A stretch of 51,372 bases of DNA from Gemmatimonadales bacterium. GTDB lineage: Bacteria > Gemmatimonadota > Gemmatimonadetes > Gemmatimonadales > GWC2-71-9. The translations under genes were made by a program, and so were the position numbers. Below the pieces are notes generated by a model. The model was not told where the DNA came from. It made no database searches and saw nothing but the letters and a program-made list of their open reading frames with translations. How positions within the stretch are numbered: the stretch's first letter is position 1; every line of letters starts with the position of its first letter. Below, one piece after another: positions 18,897 to 27,977 of this stretch. The stretch is taken from the NCBI GenBank assembly GCA_038321865.1, contig JBBQFH010000022.1:1-51372 (forward strand), read 5' to 3'.

Positions 18897-20111
18897 ATGC
18901 TCGTCGGCGAGACGATTGCGGTCGCGTTCCAGTCCATTCGGGCCAACAAGCTTCGGGCCGGGCTCACCATGCTCGGCATCATCATCGGCGTGGCCGCGGT
19001 CATCACGATGGTGGCACTGGGATCCGGTGCCCAGAAGGCGATCGAGGACCGCATCGCCGCGCTCGGCGCCAACATCCTGACCGTGTTTCCCGGTCAGGGC
19101 TTCCGTGGCGGCATCGCGTTCAACGACAAGACCGCCATCACCACCGACGACTACGAAGCGCTGCGCCGAGACGCCAAGCTGCTCAAGGCGGTCGTGCCCG
19201 AGCTGCAAAGCAACCAGCAGATTCAGTTCGGCAGCCAGAACATCAACACCGCCGTGCTGGGCACGACAGCCCAGTATGTGCCGATGCACAACTACACCAT
19301 CCCGTACGGCCGCATGTTCACCGACGGGGACGAGCAAGCGCGGCAGCGGTACGCCGTGCTCGGCGCGTCGGTCCCCGAGATGCTCGGCGGCAATCCCGCC
19401 GCGATGATCCATCAAACGATGCTGGTCCGGGGCGTGCCCTTCGAGATCATCGGCGTGCTGAGCTCGAAGGGCTCCTCCGGATCGTTTTCGAATCCGGATG
19501 AGCAGATCCTGATCCCGCTGCAGACCGCGCAGTTCCGCATCAACGGGACCAAGCGCATCCGCTCGCTGTCGGTCCAGGTGTCGGATGGCGTGCCGGTCCA
19601 GCAGGGCATGGTGGACATGGAGCGTGTCCTACGGCGGGAGCACAAGATCCGCCCGGGGGCGGACAACGATTTCCAGGTGCGCAATCAGCAGGACTTTCTG
19701 GCGACGCAGCAGCAGGCGACCCAGGTCTTCACGTCGCTGCTCGCCAGCATCGCGGCCGTCAGCCTCATCGTCGGCGGCATCGGCATCATGAACATCATGC
19801 TGGTGTCGGTGACCGAGCGGACCCGGGAGATCGGTGTCCGCAAGGCGCTCGGCGCCACCCGCATGAACATCATGCTGCAGTTTCTGATCGAGGCACTGGT
19901 GCTCTGTCTCACCGGCGGGGTCATCGGCATCCTGCTCGGCACCGGCGCCGCCGTGATGCTTTCACGCCTGGCGCACTGGAACGTGCTGGTCTCGCTCACG
20001 TCCATCTTCGTGGCCTTCGCCTTCAGCGCGATCATCGGGCTGTTTTTCGGCATCTGGCCCGCCCGGCGGGCCGCCAGTCTCGACCCGATCACCGCACTCC
20101 GCTACGAATAG
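18897..20111 (+). CDS. MacB/FtsX-type ABC permease
   Basis: LTMLGIIIGV, VGGIGIMNIMLVSVTERTREIGVRKALGA, PARRAA.LDPI.ALRYE. Confidence 0.95.
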   Translation: MLVGETIAVAFQSIRANKLRAGLTMLGIIIGVAAVITMVALGSGAQKAIEDRIAALGANILTVFPGQGFRGGIAFNDKTAITTDDYEALRRDAKLLKAVVPELQSNQQIQFGSQNINTAVLGTTAQYVPMHNYTIPYGRMFTDGDEQARQRYAVLGASVPEMLGGNPAAMIHQTMLVRGVPFEIIGVLSSKGSSGSFSNPDEQILIPLQTAQFRINGTKRIRSLSVQVSDGVPVQQGMVDMERVLRREHKIRPGADNDFQVRNQQDFLATQQQATQVFTSLLASIAAVSLIVGGIGIMNIMLVSVTERTREIGVRKALGATRMNIMLQFLIEALVLCLTGGVIGILLGTGAAVMLSRLAHWNVLVSLTSIFVAFAFSAIIGLFFGIWPARRAASLDPITALRYE

Positions 20112-20143
20112 CGGTCCGGGCTCACGGCGTTATCTTGTCGCCC

Positions 20144-22414
20144 ATGAGCATCCTTCCCATCCTGCTCCTCCAGATCCAGGCCGCCGCGTCCCCGATATCG
20201 GGGCGCGGCTCGCCTGTGGTCGTGATTCCGCGGATCGAGGCCGAGATTGTGGTGGACGGGCAGCTGAGCGAGCCGGTCTGGGCTTCGGCCACCGCGCTGG
20301 GCGGCTTCTCGCAGTATCAGCCGGTCGACGGCCGGCCGGCCGAGGAGCGGACGGAGGTGCTGGTCTGGTACAGCCCGACCGCGATCCACTTCGGGATCGT
20401 CGCGCATGACCGGCAGCCGGGCTCGATCCATGCCAGCGTGTCCGACCGCGACAACATCGCGAACGACGACAACGTCACCATCTACCTTGACACCTTCAAC
20501 GACCGGCGGCGAGCATTCTTCTTCGGCGTCAATCCGCTCGGCGTGCAGGATGACGGCGTCCGCAGCGAGGGGGCCGGGACCGCGGCCGGCAGCCTGGGTG
20601 GCGGCAGCGTGGACCGGAATCCTGACTTCATCTATCAGTCGAAGGGCGTCATCACCGACTCCGGCTACGTCGTGGAAATGCGCATTCCTTTCAAGAGCCT
20701 GCGCTTTCCGGGCAGCGGTCCCCAGCGATGGGGCATCAACATCGTCCGGGACACGCGCCGCACCGGGTACGAAGACACCTGGACGGACGCCAGGCGCGCC
20801 AATGCGAGCTTCCTGACGCAGTCGGGCACGCTCGACGGCCTGCATGACCTGCGGCGCGGCGTCGTCACCGAGGTGCAGCCGTTCATCACCGCGACGGCGA
20901 ACGGCGCGGTAGACCCCGCAACCGGAACCTTCTCCCGCGGCAGCGTCGACCCGAGCGCGGGCGCCAACGTCAAGCTCGGCTTCACCAACATGGCGCTGGA
21001 CGCGACGATCAATCCGGATTTCAGCCAGGTCGAGTCCGACGCCGGCCTGGTGACGGTGAACGAGCGATTCGCCCTTTTCCTGCCGGAACGCCGCCCGTTC
21101 TTCCTCGAGGGCATCGAGCTCTTCTCCACACCGAACCAGCTGGTCTACACCCGTCAGGTGGTGGATCCCGCCGCGGGCGCCAAGATCACCGGGAAGTTCG
21201 GCAAGCTGAACGTGGCCTATCTTGGCGCGCTCGACGATGTCGGCAGCGACTACGCGCTGTTCAACATCGCCCGGTTACGGCGCGACCTGCGTGGCACATC
21301 CGCGGCGGGGCTCACGTACACCGACCGGCGGAATCTGGATGACTACAACCAGGTGCTCGCCGCGGACGCGCGGATCGTCTTCGGGCGCCTCTACTTCGTG
21401 CAGGGCCAGCTCGGGGGATCGCGGACCCGGGACGCATTCGGGTATCGAAGCGCGCCGATCTGGGAGGCGGAATTCGACCGCACCGGCCGGGGCTGGGGAT
21501 TCAACTATCAGCTCAATGCGCTCGGTGAAGGATTCGAGACCCGGTCCGGCTTCGTGCCGCGAGCCGGCATCGTCTCGGCCCACGCCTTCAACCGATTCAC
21601 CCTGTACGGCGCCCGCGGGGCGCTGGTTGAGGCGGTCACGACGTTCATCGGGCCCACTCGCCTCTGGCGCTATCGGGACTTCCTGTCGGATGCGCCGATC
21701 GAAGGGACCGACATGATCAACATCATGACGCGCATCCGCGGCGGCTGGGCGGTGGATGGGAGCCTCAACCGCAACTTCGTGACCTTCGATTCCGCGACCT
21801 ATGCGCCACTCTCGGTGGGCAGCGGCGGACCGAGCTATCAGCCCGCCGCCCGGCTGAGCAACACCTTCGTGGGCGCCTTCCACGTCGCGACGCCGACGTT
21901 CCGCCTGTTCAACGCCGACCTCCGGCTGCAGCGGGGAGAGGTGGCCATCTTTCCCGAGGCGTCCGAAGGCCGCGAAACGCGGGTTACCTCCACCGTCGAA
22001 ATCCGGCCGAGCAGCTCCGCGCGGGTGGGTCTGTCGGGCACCTACTCCCGCATCACGCGCCGGCGCGACGGCAGCGAGTTCGCGCGGACGCTGATTCCGC
22101 GGCTTCGCGCCGAGTACCAGCCGAGCCGGGCGCTGTTCTTCCGCTTCGTCGGCGAGTACCAGTCGCAGCGGAGAGCGGACCTCCGCGATGCGTCGACCGG
22201 CATACCGCTCTTCGCCGGGGCGGCGCCGCAGAGCGCCACGGGGTCGGGACGGTTCCGGATGGACTGGCTCGCCTCGTTCGAACCGACACCCGGTACCGTG
22301 GCCTTCCTGGGCTATGGCTCGACCCTCGCCGGCACGAGCGCAACGGACCTCTCCACGCTCACCCGAAGCGCGGACGGCTTCTTCCTCAAGCTCGCGTACC
22401 TGTTCCGCCGCTGA
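20144..22414 (+). CDS. CBM9-like/DUF5916-type outer-membrane protein
   Basis: VDGQL.EPVW, LDTFND.R, YVVEMRIPFKSLRF, NPDFSQVESD, PERRPFFLEG; aromatic beta-strand C-terminus. Confidence 0.8.
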   Translation: MSILPILLLQIQAAASPISGRGSPVVVIPRIEAEIVVDGQLSEPVWASATALGGFSQYQPVDGRPAEERTEVLVWYSPTAIHFGIVAHDRQPGSIHASVSDRDNIANDDNVTIYLDTFNDRRRAFFFGVNPLGVQDDGVRSEGAGTAAGSLGGGSVDRNPDFIYQSKGVITDSGYVVEMRIPFKSLRFPGSGPQRWGINIVRDTRRTGYEDTWTDARRANASFLTQSGTLDGLHDLRRGVVTEVQPFITATANGAVDPATGTFSRGSVDPSAGANVKLGFTNMALDATINPDFSQVESDAGLVTVNERFALFLPERRPFFLEGIELFSTPNQLVYTRQVVDPAAGAKITGKFGKLNVAYLGALDDVGSDYALFNIARLRRDLRGTSAAGLTYTDRRNLDDYNQVLAADARIVFGRLYFVQGQLGGSRTRDAFGYRSAPIWEAEFDRTGRGWGFNYQLNALGEGFETRSGFVPRAGIVSAHAFNRFTLYGARGALVEAVTTFIGPTRLWRYRDFLSDAPIEGTDMINIMTRIRGGWAVDGSLNRNFVTFDSATYAPLSVGSGGPSYQPAARLSNTFVGAFHVATPTFRLFNADLRLQRGEVAIFPEASEGRETRVTSTVEIRPSSSARVGLSGTYSRITRRRDGSEFARTLIPRLRAEYQPSRALFFRFVGEYQSQRRADLRDASTGIPLFAGAAPQSATGSGRFRMDWLASFEPTPGTVAFLGYGSTLAGTSATDLSTLTRSADGFFLKLAYLFRR

Positions 22415-22481
22415 TCGACGCGTGCAATACGACCATTCCGGCCCGGTTCTGGCGAACGGCGGCCGCCGGCGCTAGCGTAGA

Positions 22482-22506
22482 GAACCGCCAGCCCGGCTAC
22501 TGCGTC
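22482..22506 (+). promoter_or_regulatory. Putative ECF sigma promoter upstream of the cytochrome b/molybdoenzyme pair
   Basis: GAAC (22482-22485) - 17 nt - CGTC (22503-22506), intergenic. Confidence 0.4.
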
Positions 22507-22538
22507 TTCTGTCGTCCCGCTTCCGGCCAGGAGTGCCC

Positions 22539-23285
22539 ATGGAGTCAGTACCGGATAACGCCGGCGCGTCGTCATTCGTCGACCCGACCCCAGTGGTGGT
22601 CACGGAAGCGGCGCCGCCGGCCCGGCTGGTGAAGCGCCATCACTGGATCGTCCGGCTGACTCACTGGGCCAACGCGATCGCCCTCACCGGCCTTATCGCC
22701 AGCGGGCTCCAGATCTACGAGGCGTTTCCGCATTTCGGACAGAAGGGACAGGTGTACGATGTGCCCAACCCGTTCGACATGTACGTGTTTCCCCGCTGGT
22801 CGCGGCTCGGCGGCTGGCTGGCGGGCGGACTGCAGTGGCACTTCGCGCTCGCGTGGGTATTCGTCCTGAGCGGGGTGCTCTATCTCGGCTACATGCTGGT
22901 ATCGGGTGAGTGGCGTACCCTGCTCTTCCGGACCCGTGACATCGGGCCGGCGGCGCAGATGCAGCTCTATTATCTGCGGCTCCGCAAGGAGCACCCGCCG
23001 CAGGGCAAGCACAACGCGCTGCAGAAGGGGGCGTACACGTTCATCATCGCGCTCGGGGCCATCAGCACGCTCACGGGTTTCGCGATCTACAAGCCGGTAC
23101 AGCTCGCCTGGCTCACGGCGCTGTTCGGCGGATATGAGCTCGCCCGGTACTGGCACTTCATCGCGGTATGGCTGTTCGTCGCCTTCACCATGCTGCACGT
23201 GGTCCTGGTGTTCCTGGTGGATCCCGCATCACTTCGCGGCATGATCAGCGGCTGGTACCGCGGGAGGTTTCCGAGCCATGGCTGA
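22539..23285 (+). CDS. Di-heme cytochrome b (Ni/Fe-hydrogenase cytochrome b-like), redox partner of the downstream molybdoenzyme
   Basis: VRLTHW, WHF, HNALQK..Y, RYWHF, LHV; four TM segments. Confidence 0.85.
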   Translation: MESVPDNAGASSFVDPTPVVVTEAAPPARLVKRHHWIVRLTHWANAIALTGLIASGLQIYEAFPHFGQKGQVYDVPNPFDMYVFPRWSRLGGWLAGGLQWHFALAWVFVLSGVLYLGYMLVSGEWRTLLFRTRDIGPAAQMQLYYLRLRKEHPPQGKHNALQKGAYTFIIALGAISTLTGFAIYKPVQLAWLTALFGGYELARYWHFIAVWLFVAFTMLHVVLVFLVDPASLRGMISGWYRGRFPSHG

Positions 23286-24012
23286 CCGCGAGGGGCTGAG
23301 TCGTCGTGACTTCGTGCGGCTGGGGCTGGTCGCGGGGTCGGCGTCGCTGGCGGCGGCGTGCGGATGGGATGGCGGTGCGCTGCTGAGGCCACGGCTGGCG
23401 GCCATCAGCACCGGCAACGACTGGGTCGGCGAGCACGTGCTGCTGTCGGGGCACAGGCTCTCCCGCGACTGGCCGGTATCGGCGCGCAGCGCCACGATGC
23501 CGAACTATCACGTGGCCGCGACCACCCCGAGGCTGGATGATCCGGCGGCCTGGGCGCTGAACGTCGCCGGGCTCGTCCGGAAGCCGATGCGCCTGACGCT
23601 GCCGATGCTGCAGGCGCTGCCCCGCGTGACCTACACCGTGCCGCATCACTGTGTGGAAGGCTGGACGACGGTGGCCACCTGGAGCGGCGTGCCGGTGAGC
23701 GCCGTCGCGGCGCTCGTCGAGCCTACCGCCGAGGCGCGCTATCTCCGCTTCGATTCGTTCGACCGCTCAGCGCAAGGAGTCGTGTATTCCAACGGCTGGG
23801 ACGCGAAGAGCGCGATGCATCCGCAGACCATCCTCGCCTACGGCTTCAACGACCGTCCGCTCATGGCCGAACACGGGGCGCCGGTGCGGCTGTATTCTCC
23901 GATCAAGCTCGGCTACAAGCTGACGAAGTACGTCACGACCATCACCTTTACCCGCGAGCGCCCGGGCGGGTACTGGGAAGATCAGGGATACCCCTGGCTC
24001 GGCGGCGTGTGA
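23278..24012 (+). CDS. Sulfite oxidase-family molybdopterin oxidoreductase (MsrP/YedY-like), Tat-exported
   Basis: Tat motif SRRDFV then AAA-C; Mo-ligand Cys in HHCVEGW; HPQTILAY, HGAPVRL, KLGYKLTK, GGYWEDQGY. Confidence 0.88.
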   Translation: MADREGLSRRDFVRLGLVAGSASLAAACGWDGGALLRPRLAAISTGNDWVGEHVLLSGHRLSRDWPVSARSATMPNYHVAATTPRLDDPAAWALNVAGLVRKPMRLTLPMLQALPRVTYTVPHHCVEGWTTVATWSGVPVSAVAALVEPTAEARYLRFDSFDRSAQGVVYSNGWDAKSAMHPQTILAYGFNDRPLMAEHGAPVRLYSPIKLGYKLTKYVTTITFTRERPGGYWEDQGYPWLGGV

Positions 24013-24013
24013 G

Positions 24014-24259
24014 TCACCGCTCGGCCTCGAGCTCGACATAGGCCGAGCCGTCGTCGGCGTAGGTCACACTCACCTTCCAGGGCCGGCAGCACACCTGGCA
24101 GTCCTCGACATACTCCTGCGATGTGCCACCGCCGGGGTCAAGGGCGATTTCGTTCGCCTCCCGGCAGAACGGACAGTGGACCACCGCCTCTGTGTCGGCC
24201 CTGCCGTCGCCAAGCGGGAACTCCTCGTCCGGAGCATCTCCACCATTATCATCGGTCAT
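24014..24259 (-). CDS. CPXCG-motif cysteine-rich small protein (Zn-ribbon-like)
   Basis: 81 aa; CPFC and YVEDCQVCCRP; AGGAG RBS upstream. Confidence 0.85.
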   Translation of the reverse strand: MTDDNGGDAPDEEFPLGDGRADTEAVVHCPFCREANEIALDPGGGTSQEYVEDCQVCCRPWKVSVTYADDGSAYVELEAER

Positions 24260-24365
24260 TCGGCACTCCTGTCTGGACGTGCGGCGCCGGGTCTTGCGGC
24301 CATGGCGGCCACGGGCGAAGATACCCCCCGCACGATGCCCTCCTTCCCCCCGATCGAAGGCCAGG

Positions 24366-25361
24366 ATGACGCGCACGGAGTTCCTCGGAACCGGTATGGC
24401 GGTGCCCGACCGGGTCGTCACCAACGACGACCTGAGTCAGGTCATGGACACGACGGACGAATGGATCCGGACCCGCACCGGAATTCAGGAACGGCGGTGG
24501 GTGCGCGACGGCGAAACCGGCGCGTCCCTCGCGCTGACCGCCACGCGCCGAGCCCTCGAAGCGGCGGGGCTCGAGGCGGGCGACCTCGATGCGATCGTCT
24601 ACGCCACCTCGACGCCGGATCACTTTGCCCCCGGCAACGGAGTCTACCTCCAGACCGCGCTCGGGGCGGGCAGCATCCCAGCCATCGACATCCGCACCCA
24701 GTGCAGCGGGTTTGTGTACGCGCTGTCGGTCGCTGACGCGTGGATCCGCGCCGAGATGTATCGCACCGTACTGGTGGTGGGCGCCGAGGTCCAGTCTACC
24801 GGAATGGACGTGTCGAGCCGTGGCCGCAATACCGCAGTGATCTTCGCAGACGGGGCGGGCGCCGCGGTCCTGCGGGCGACAGACGATGCCGACCGCGGCA
24901 TCCTGAGCTTCGACCTTCATTCCGACGGCGCGCACGCGAGCAAGCTCTGGGTGGATGTACCCGGCTCGATGTACCACCCGCGCATTTCCTGCGAGCAGAT
25001 CGAGCAGCGCCGGCATTTCCTCGAGATGGATGGCAAGGAAGTGTTCCGCCACGCCGTCGTCCGGATGCCCGAATCGGTGCACACGGTGCTCGCGTCGGCC
25101 GGCGCTTCCACCGCGGAGCTCTCCCTTCTGATCCCGCACCAGGCAAACCTTCGCATCTCCGAAATGGTCCAGAAGACGCTCGGCCTGCGCGACGACCAGG
25201 TGTACAACAACATTCAGCGCTACGGCAATACGACCGCCGCCACCATCCCCATCGCACTGGATGAATGCGTCCGGGCCGGGCGGGTCCAGCGGGGTGATCT
25301 GCTGGCGTTCACCGCCTTCGGCTCCGGATTCATGTGGGGCAGCGTCGCGCTTCGCTGGTGA
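24366..25361 (+). CDS. fabH: 3-oxoacyl-ACP synthase III family protein
   Basis: DTTDEWI.TRTGI.ERR; catalytic C (QCSGF), H (PHQAN) and N (YGNT); F.DGAGA. Confidence 0.92.
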   Translation: MTRTEFLGTGMAVPDRVVTNDDLSQVMDTTDEWIRTRTGIQERRWVRDGETGASLALTATRRALEAAGLEAGDLDAIVYATSTPDHFAPGNGVYLQTALGAGSIPAIDIRTQCSGFVYALSVADAWIRAEMYRTVLVVGAEVQSTGMDVSSRGRNTAVIFADGAGAAVLRATDDADRGILSFDLHSDGAHASKLWVDVPGSMYHPRISCEQIEQRRHFLEMDGKEVFRHAVVRMPESVHTVLASAGASTAELSLLIPHQANLRISEMVQKTLGLRDDQVYNNIQRYGNTTAATIPIALDECVRAGRVQRGDLLAFTAFGSGFMWGSVALRW

Positions 25362-25368
25362 CGGAGAG

Positions 25369-25803
25369 CTACGAGGCCGCCTCGACCGGATACTTTCGCC
25401 CGTAGTATTCGGCGGTCCGCGTCGCACGGGCGCGGTACAGCTGCTCCTCGCCGTCCTCGCCCTCATGCACGAAGAGGTGGAGGGAGCCGGGCCAGAGGGT
25501 GGCCTGCAGCGACCAGTTGCAGGTCGGGGCGTGCAGCACCCACTGCAGCGCTCCGCCGCCCGCATCCGTCAGGTGGATCCGGCTGGCGCGCTCCAGGGCC
25601 ACGCTGGCCGGAATTCCGGCGATCGCCGCCTCGATCGGGTCCCAGGCCAACTCGGCATCGGCCCAGGAGTTGAACCTCACGATGCCGTGAACCGGCGCTT
25701 CCCCTTCCGGCACCTCAAGCTCGGCATCCCATTCGCCCAGGAGGTCCCACGCATGGTCCATGGGACCGATATTCGGCACCTCCACCGTCGGATGTCTGAA
25801 CAT
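25369..25803 (-). CDS. Hypothetical protein
   Basis: Fills the gap with coding-like composition; GGAG RBS before ATG 25803. Confidence 0.7.
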   Translation of the reverse strand: MFRHPTVEVPNIGPMDHAWDLLGEWDAELEVPEGEAPVHGIVRFNSWADAELAWDPIEAAIAGIPASVALERASRIHLTDAGGGALQWVLHAPTCNWSLQATLWPGSLHLFVHEGEDGEEQLYRARATRTAEYYGRKYPVEAAS

Positions 25804-25846
25804 GGTGACTCCAATCGTCACAGGGCGGATCGGCGGGGCGTTCGCC

Positions 25847-25872
25847 GGAACTGAATCTTTCGCATTTACGTT
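25847..25872 (+). promoter_or_regulatory. Putative ECF sigma promoter
   Basis: GGAAC (25847-25851) - 17 nt - CGTT (25869-25872), AT-rich spacer, 47 nt upstream of ATG 25920. Confidence 0.55.
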
Positions 25873-25919
25873 CCGTACTGTAACGCACGCTGGACCCCTT
25901 TGCCCTTGGTGAGGCTACT

Positions 25920-26222
25920 ATGTTCGGAGCGCTTTTCAGCACTATCGCCTTCGCCGCTGCCGTGATCGCCGGCTTCGGCGGCTATCTGGTATCCCGGGCC
26001 TTTGTTCGGCGCCGCCTGCGCTTCGTGGATGCGGTGCAGTCTCCGTTGGCACCAGTCGTGGCCGGCGCCGTGGCCTTCCTGCTGGCCTGGCCGCTCACCC
26101 TGCTTCCCGTCGTCACCATCGCGACCGCCACGCTGTTCGCGCTCGGCTGCGGCTTCGGCACCGCGAGCGGCGTCCGGGCCCTTCGGCGCGGCGAGTGGCA
26201 GGGTCACCGGTTGCGGCCCTGA
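25920..26222 (+). CDS. Small membrane protein of unknown function
   Basis: 100 aa, about three hydrophobic helices; GAGG RBS. Confidence 0.7.
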   Translation: MFGALFSTIAFAAAVIAGFGGYLVSRAFVRRRLRFVDAVQSPLAPVVAGAVAFLLAWPLTLLPVVTIATATLFALGCGFGTASGVRALRRGEWQGHRLRP

Positions 26223-26308
26223 TACAGTCTAGGCGGCCGTCCCGTTTCGTCCTGTCTGCTGCGTCACATTTTTGAGGCGAGATTCTGCCGGTCGGCTATC
26301 TTTGCCGC

Positions 26309-26545
26309 ATGGCGACCGTTACTTGTGCCCGCTGCGGCCAGACGCGGGATCAGATGCCCTTCCGCCCCTTCCAGAATGACCTGGGGCTCCGGGCCTACGA
26401 GCAGATCTGCAACGTTTGCTGGAGCGAATGGCTGAAGCTCCAGCAGCAGCTCATCAACCACTACGGGCTCAATCTTCGCGACGCCAAGGCCAAGGAGTTC
26501 CTCTTCGCACAGATGGAGGAATTCCTGTTCGGCAAGCCTGGGTGA
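26309..26545 (+). CDS. yggX: Fe(II)-trafficking / oxidative damage protection protein (YggX family)
   Basis: V.C, PF.NDLG.R.YEQIC..CW.EW...Q..LIN.YGLNL, ME.FLFG. Confidence 0.88.
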   Translation: MATVTCARCGQTRDQMPFRPFQNDLGLRAYEQICNVCWSEWLKLQQQLINHYGLNLRDAKAKEFLFAQMEEFLFGKPG

Positions 26546-27499
26546 TCACCAGGTGCGGCCCAGCTTCAGGATGAGATCGATGCCGGGATCGCCTGGGGCC
26601 AGATCTTCCGTGAACACGACATACCATCCCCGCCCGTTCCGTTCTCGCGCCACCCAGCCGAAGTCCGCCGTCAGCTCGCGCGAATCGAGCGAGCGCAAGT
26701 GCGTATCGTGGTAGTACGGCGTGTGGAAGTAGAGGGACCCGTATATCGACTGTGCGCCCCAGAGCCGGACCGCCATGCCCGCCGACAGCGATGCGAAGAC
26801 GGTTCGCTGATAGGGCGACAGCTGCCCGTGCCGAGGGGTCAGGCCCAGGCCAAGGGTGCCTTCGTAGGTGATCCTCGGCGACAGCTCGACGTGCACCGTC
26901 TGCACGGTGCTGAGCGAGATGGTCCCACGGCCGTATCCCTCCGGGCCGCTCGCGGTGGGCAGGGTGAGGGAGACGACCGACTGCAGTGACTGCCCGAACC
27001 GCCTGCCCACGGTCGCCCGGAGATCACCGATGGCGAGCGCGGAGGCCGGCCTGGTGACCTGCCGTCCGTCCGGGAGCCTGAACTCGTAGGCGAACTGGTT
27101 TCGAGGTCTGGCGGCGCGCTCCGGCTGGCGAAAATGAATCAGCCCATGGTACCAGACGAAGAAGGCGTCAGCGAAGCCGGCGTACGACCCGGTCACGCTC
27201 GCGTCGCCGCGGACGAACAGCCGCGGGCTGAGGTCGTGTGCGGCCCAGATAGTTGTGCGCATGAGCTCGGCGTCGAGCAGGTACGACCGGGTGGACCCGG
27301 TGTCCGAATCGATCGCGTTCCCGTACTCGAATGCGAGGCCACCGCGCCAGCGGCCCGGAACGAATCCCTCGAACGGCGCGGCGAGGAGGCCGCTGCGGGA
27401 GCGGCTGGTCGGGTTCAGCGGTTCGTGGGGGGGAAATCCCTGGCCGGGAAGCGGGTGGGCCAGCAGCAGGCAGGCGGCGAGCAGCAGGCAGGTCTTCAC
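26546..27499 (-). CDS. Probable outer-membrane beta-barrel protein (DUF3187-like)
   Basis: GTG start with signal peptide; LDAELMR, GFADAF..WYH, amphipathic strands, C-terminal W. Confidence 0.65.
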   Translation of the reverse strand: MKTCLLLAACLLLAHPLPGQGFPPHEPLNPTSRSRSGLLAAPFEGFVPGRWRGGLAFEYGNAIDSDTGSTRSYLLDAELMRTTIWAAHDLSPRLFVRGDASVTGSYAGFADAFFVWYHGLIHFRQPERAARPRNQFAYEFRLPDGRQVTRPASALAIGDLRATVGRRFGQSLQSVVSLTLPTASGPEGYGRGTISLSTVQTVHVELSPRITYEGTLGLGLTPRHGQLSPYQRTVFASLSAGMAVRLWGAQSIYGSLYFHTPYYHDTHLRSLDSRELTADFGWVARERNGRGWYVVFTEDLAPGDPGIDLILKLGRTW

Positions 27500-27548
27500 A
27501 CTGAAGATTACCCGGCTTCGGGCCGGGGATGAAGCGGGCGGAAACACG

Positions 27549-27576
27549 ACGGGCGGCCCCGCACCGGGCCGCCCGT
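27549..27576 (-). terminator. Probable terminator hairpin after the GlsB/YeaQ gene
   Basis: 11-bp stem ACGGGCGGCCC/GGGCCGCCCGT, 6-nt loop, weak U-tract (CGUGUUU) on the minus strand. Confidence 0.6.
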
Positions 27577-27599
27577 GTGTCCTGCGCCGCGCGACCGCT

Positions 27600-27872
27600 T
27601 CAGGGCACTGTGGTGCCGCGGCGGCCGACGAACAGCCGGTAGATGAACAGCAGGATGACCGCGCCGATGACCGAGGCGATGATGCCCGGGCCGGATCCGG
27701 CGGTGCTGTACCAGCCGAGCGAACGGCCGAGGAACCCGGCAACGAAGGCGCCGGCAACGCCGAGAAGCATCGTCACGAAAATGCCACCCGGGTCACGGCC
27801 AGGCATGAGGAACTTCGCAATCGCGCCCACGACGAGACCGATGATCAGGGTCCACAGAATGTTCATTTTCAT
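27600..27872 (-). CDS. GlsB/YeaQ/YmgE (transglycosylase-associated) stress membrane protein
   Basis: IIGLVVGAIAKFLMPGRDPGG..TMLLGVAGA..S.IGAVILL; GGAGG RBS. Confidence 0.92.
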   Translation of the reverse strand: MKMNILWTLIIGLVVGAIAKFLMPGRDPGGIFVTMLLGVAGAFVAGFLGRSLGWYSTAGSGPGIIASVIGAVILLFIYRLFVGRRGTTVP

Positions 27873-27910
27873 CCTCCAGTGTGAACCGACAGGTGCCAGC
27901 GAGTTGGACG

Positions 27911-27953
27911 ATAATACGTCCGGACCGCCGGGGGGTCTGTGAGGGGGCGCACA
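27911..27953 (-). promoter_or_regulatory. CRP/FNR-family site at -41.5 with -10 element (class II-type promoter)
   Basis: Minus strand TGTGC-N6-TCACA (27953-27938), 21 nt, then TATTAT (27916-27911). Confidence 0.65.
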
Positions 27954-27977
27954 TGAGCGGGGAGACCCCAGCCGCGC

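Noticed and set aside
22415..22535. Possible molybdenum-cofactor riboswitch upstream of the molybdoenzyme operon (7-bp stem CGGTTCT/AGAACCG)
   Set aside because: Only one short stem and no recognisable Moco RNA motif; an Infernal/Rfam search would be needed.
26253..26268. TGTCT-N6-TCACA upstream of yggX
   Set aside because: One half-site lacks the GTG core and the centre falls near -48.5; probably chance.
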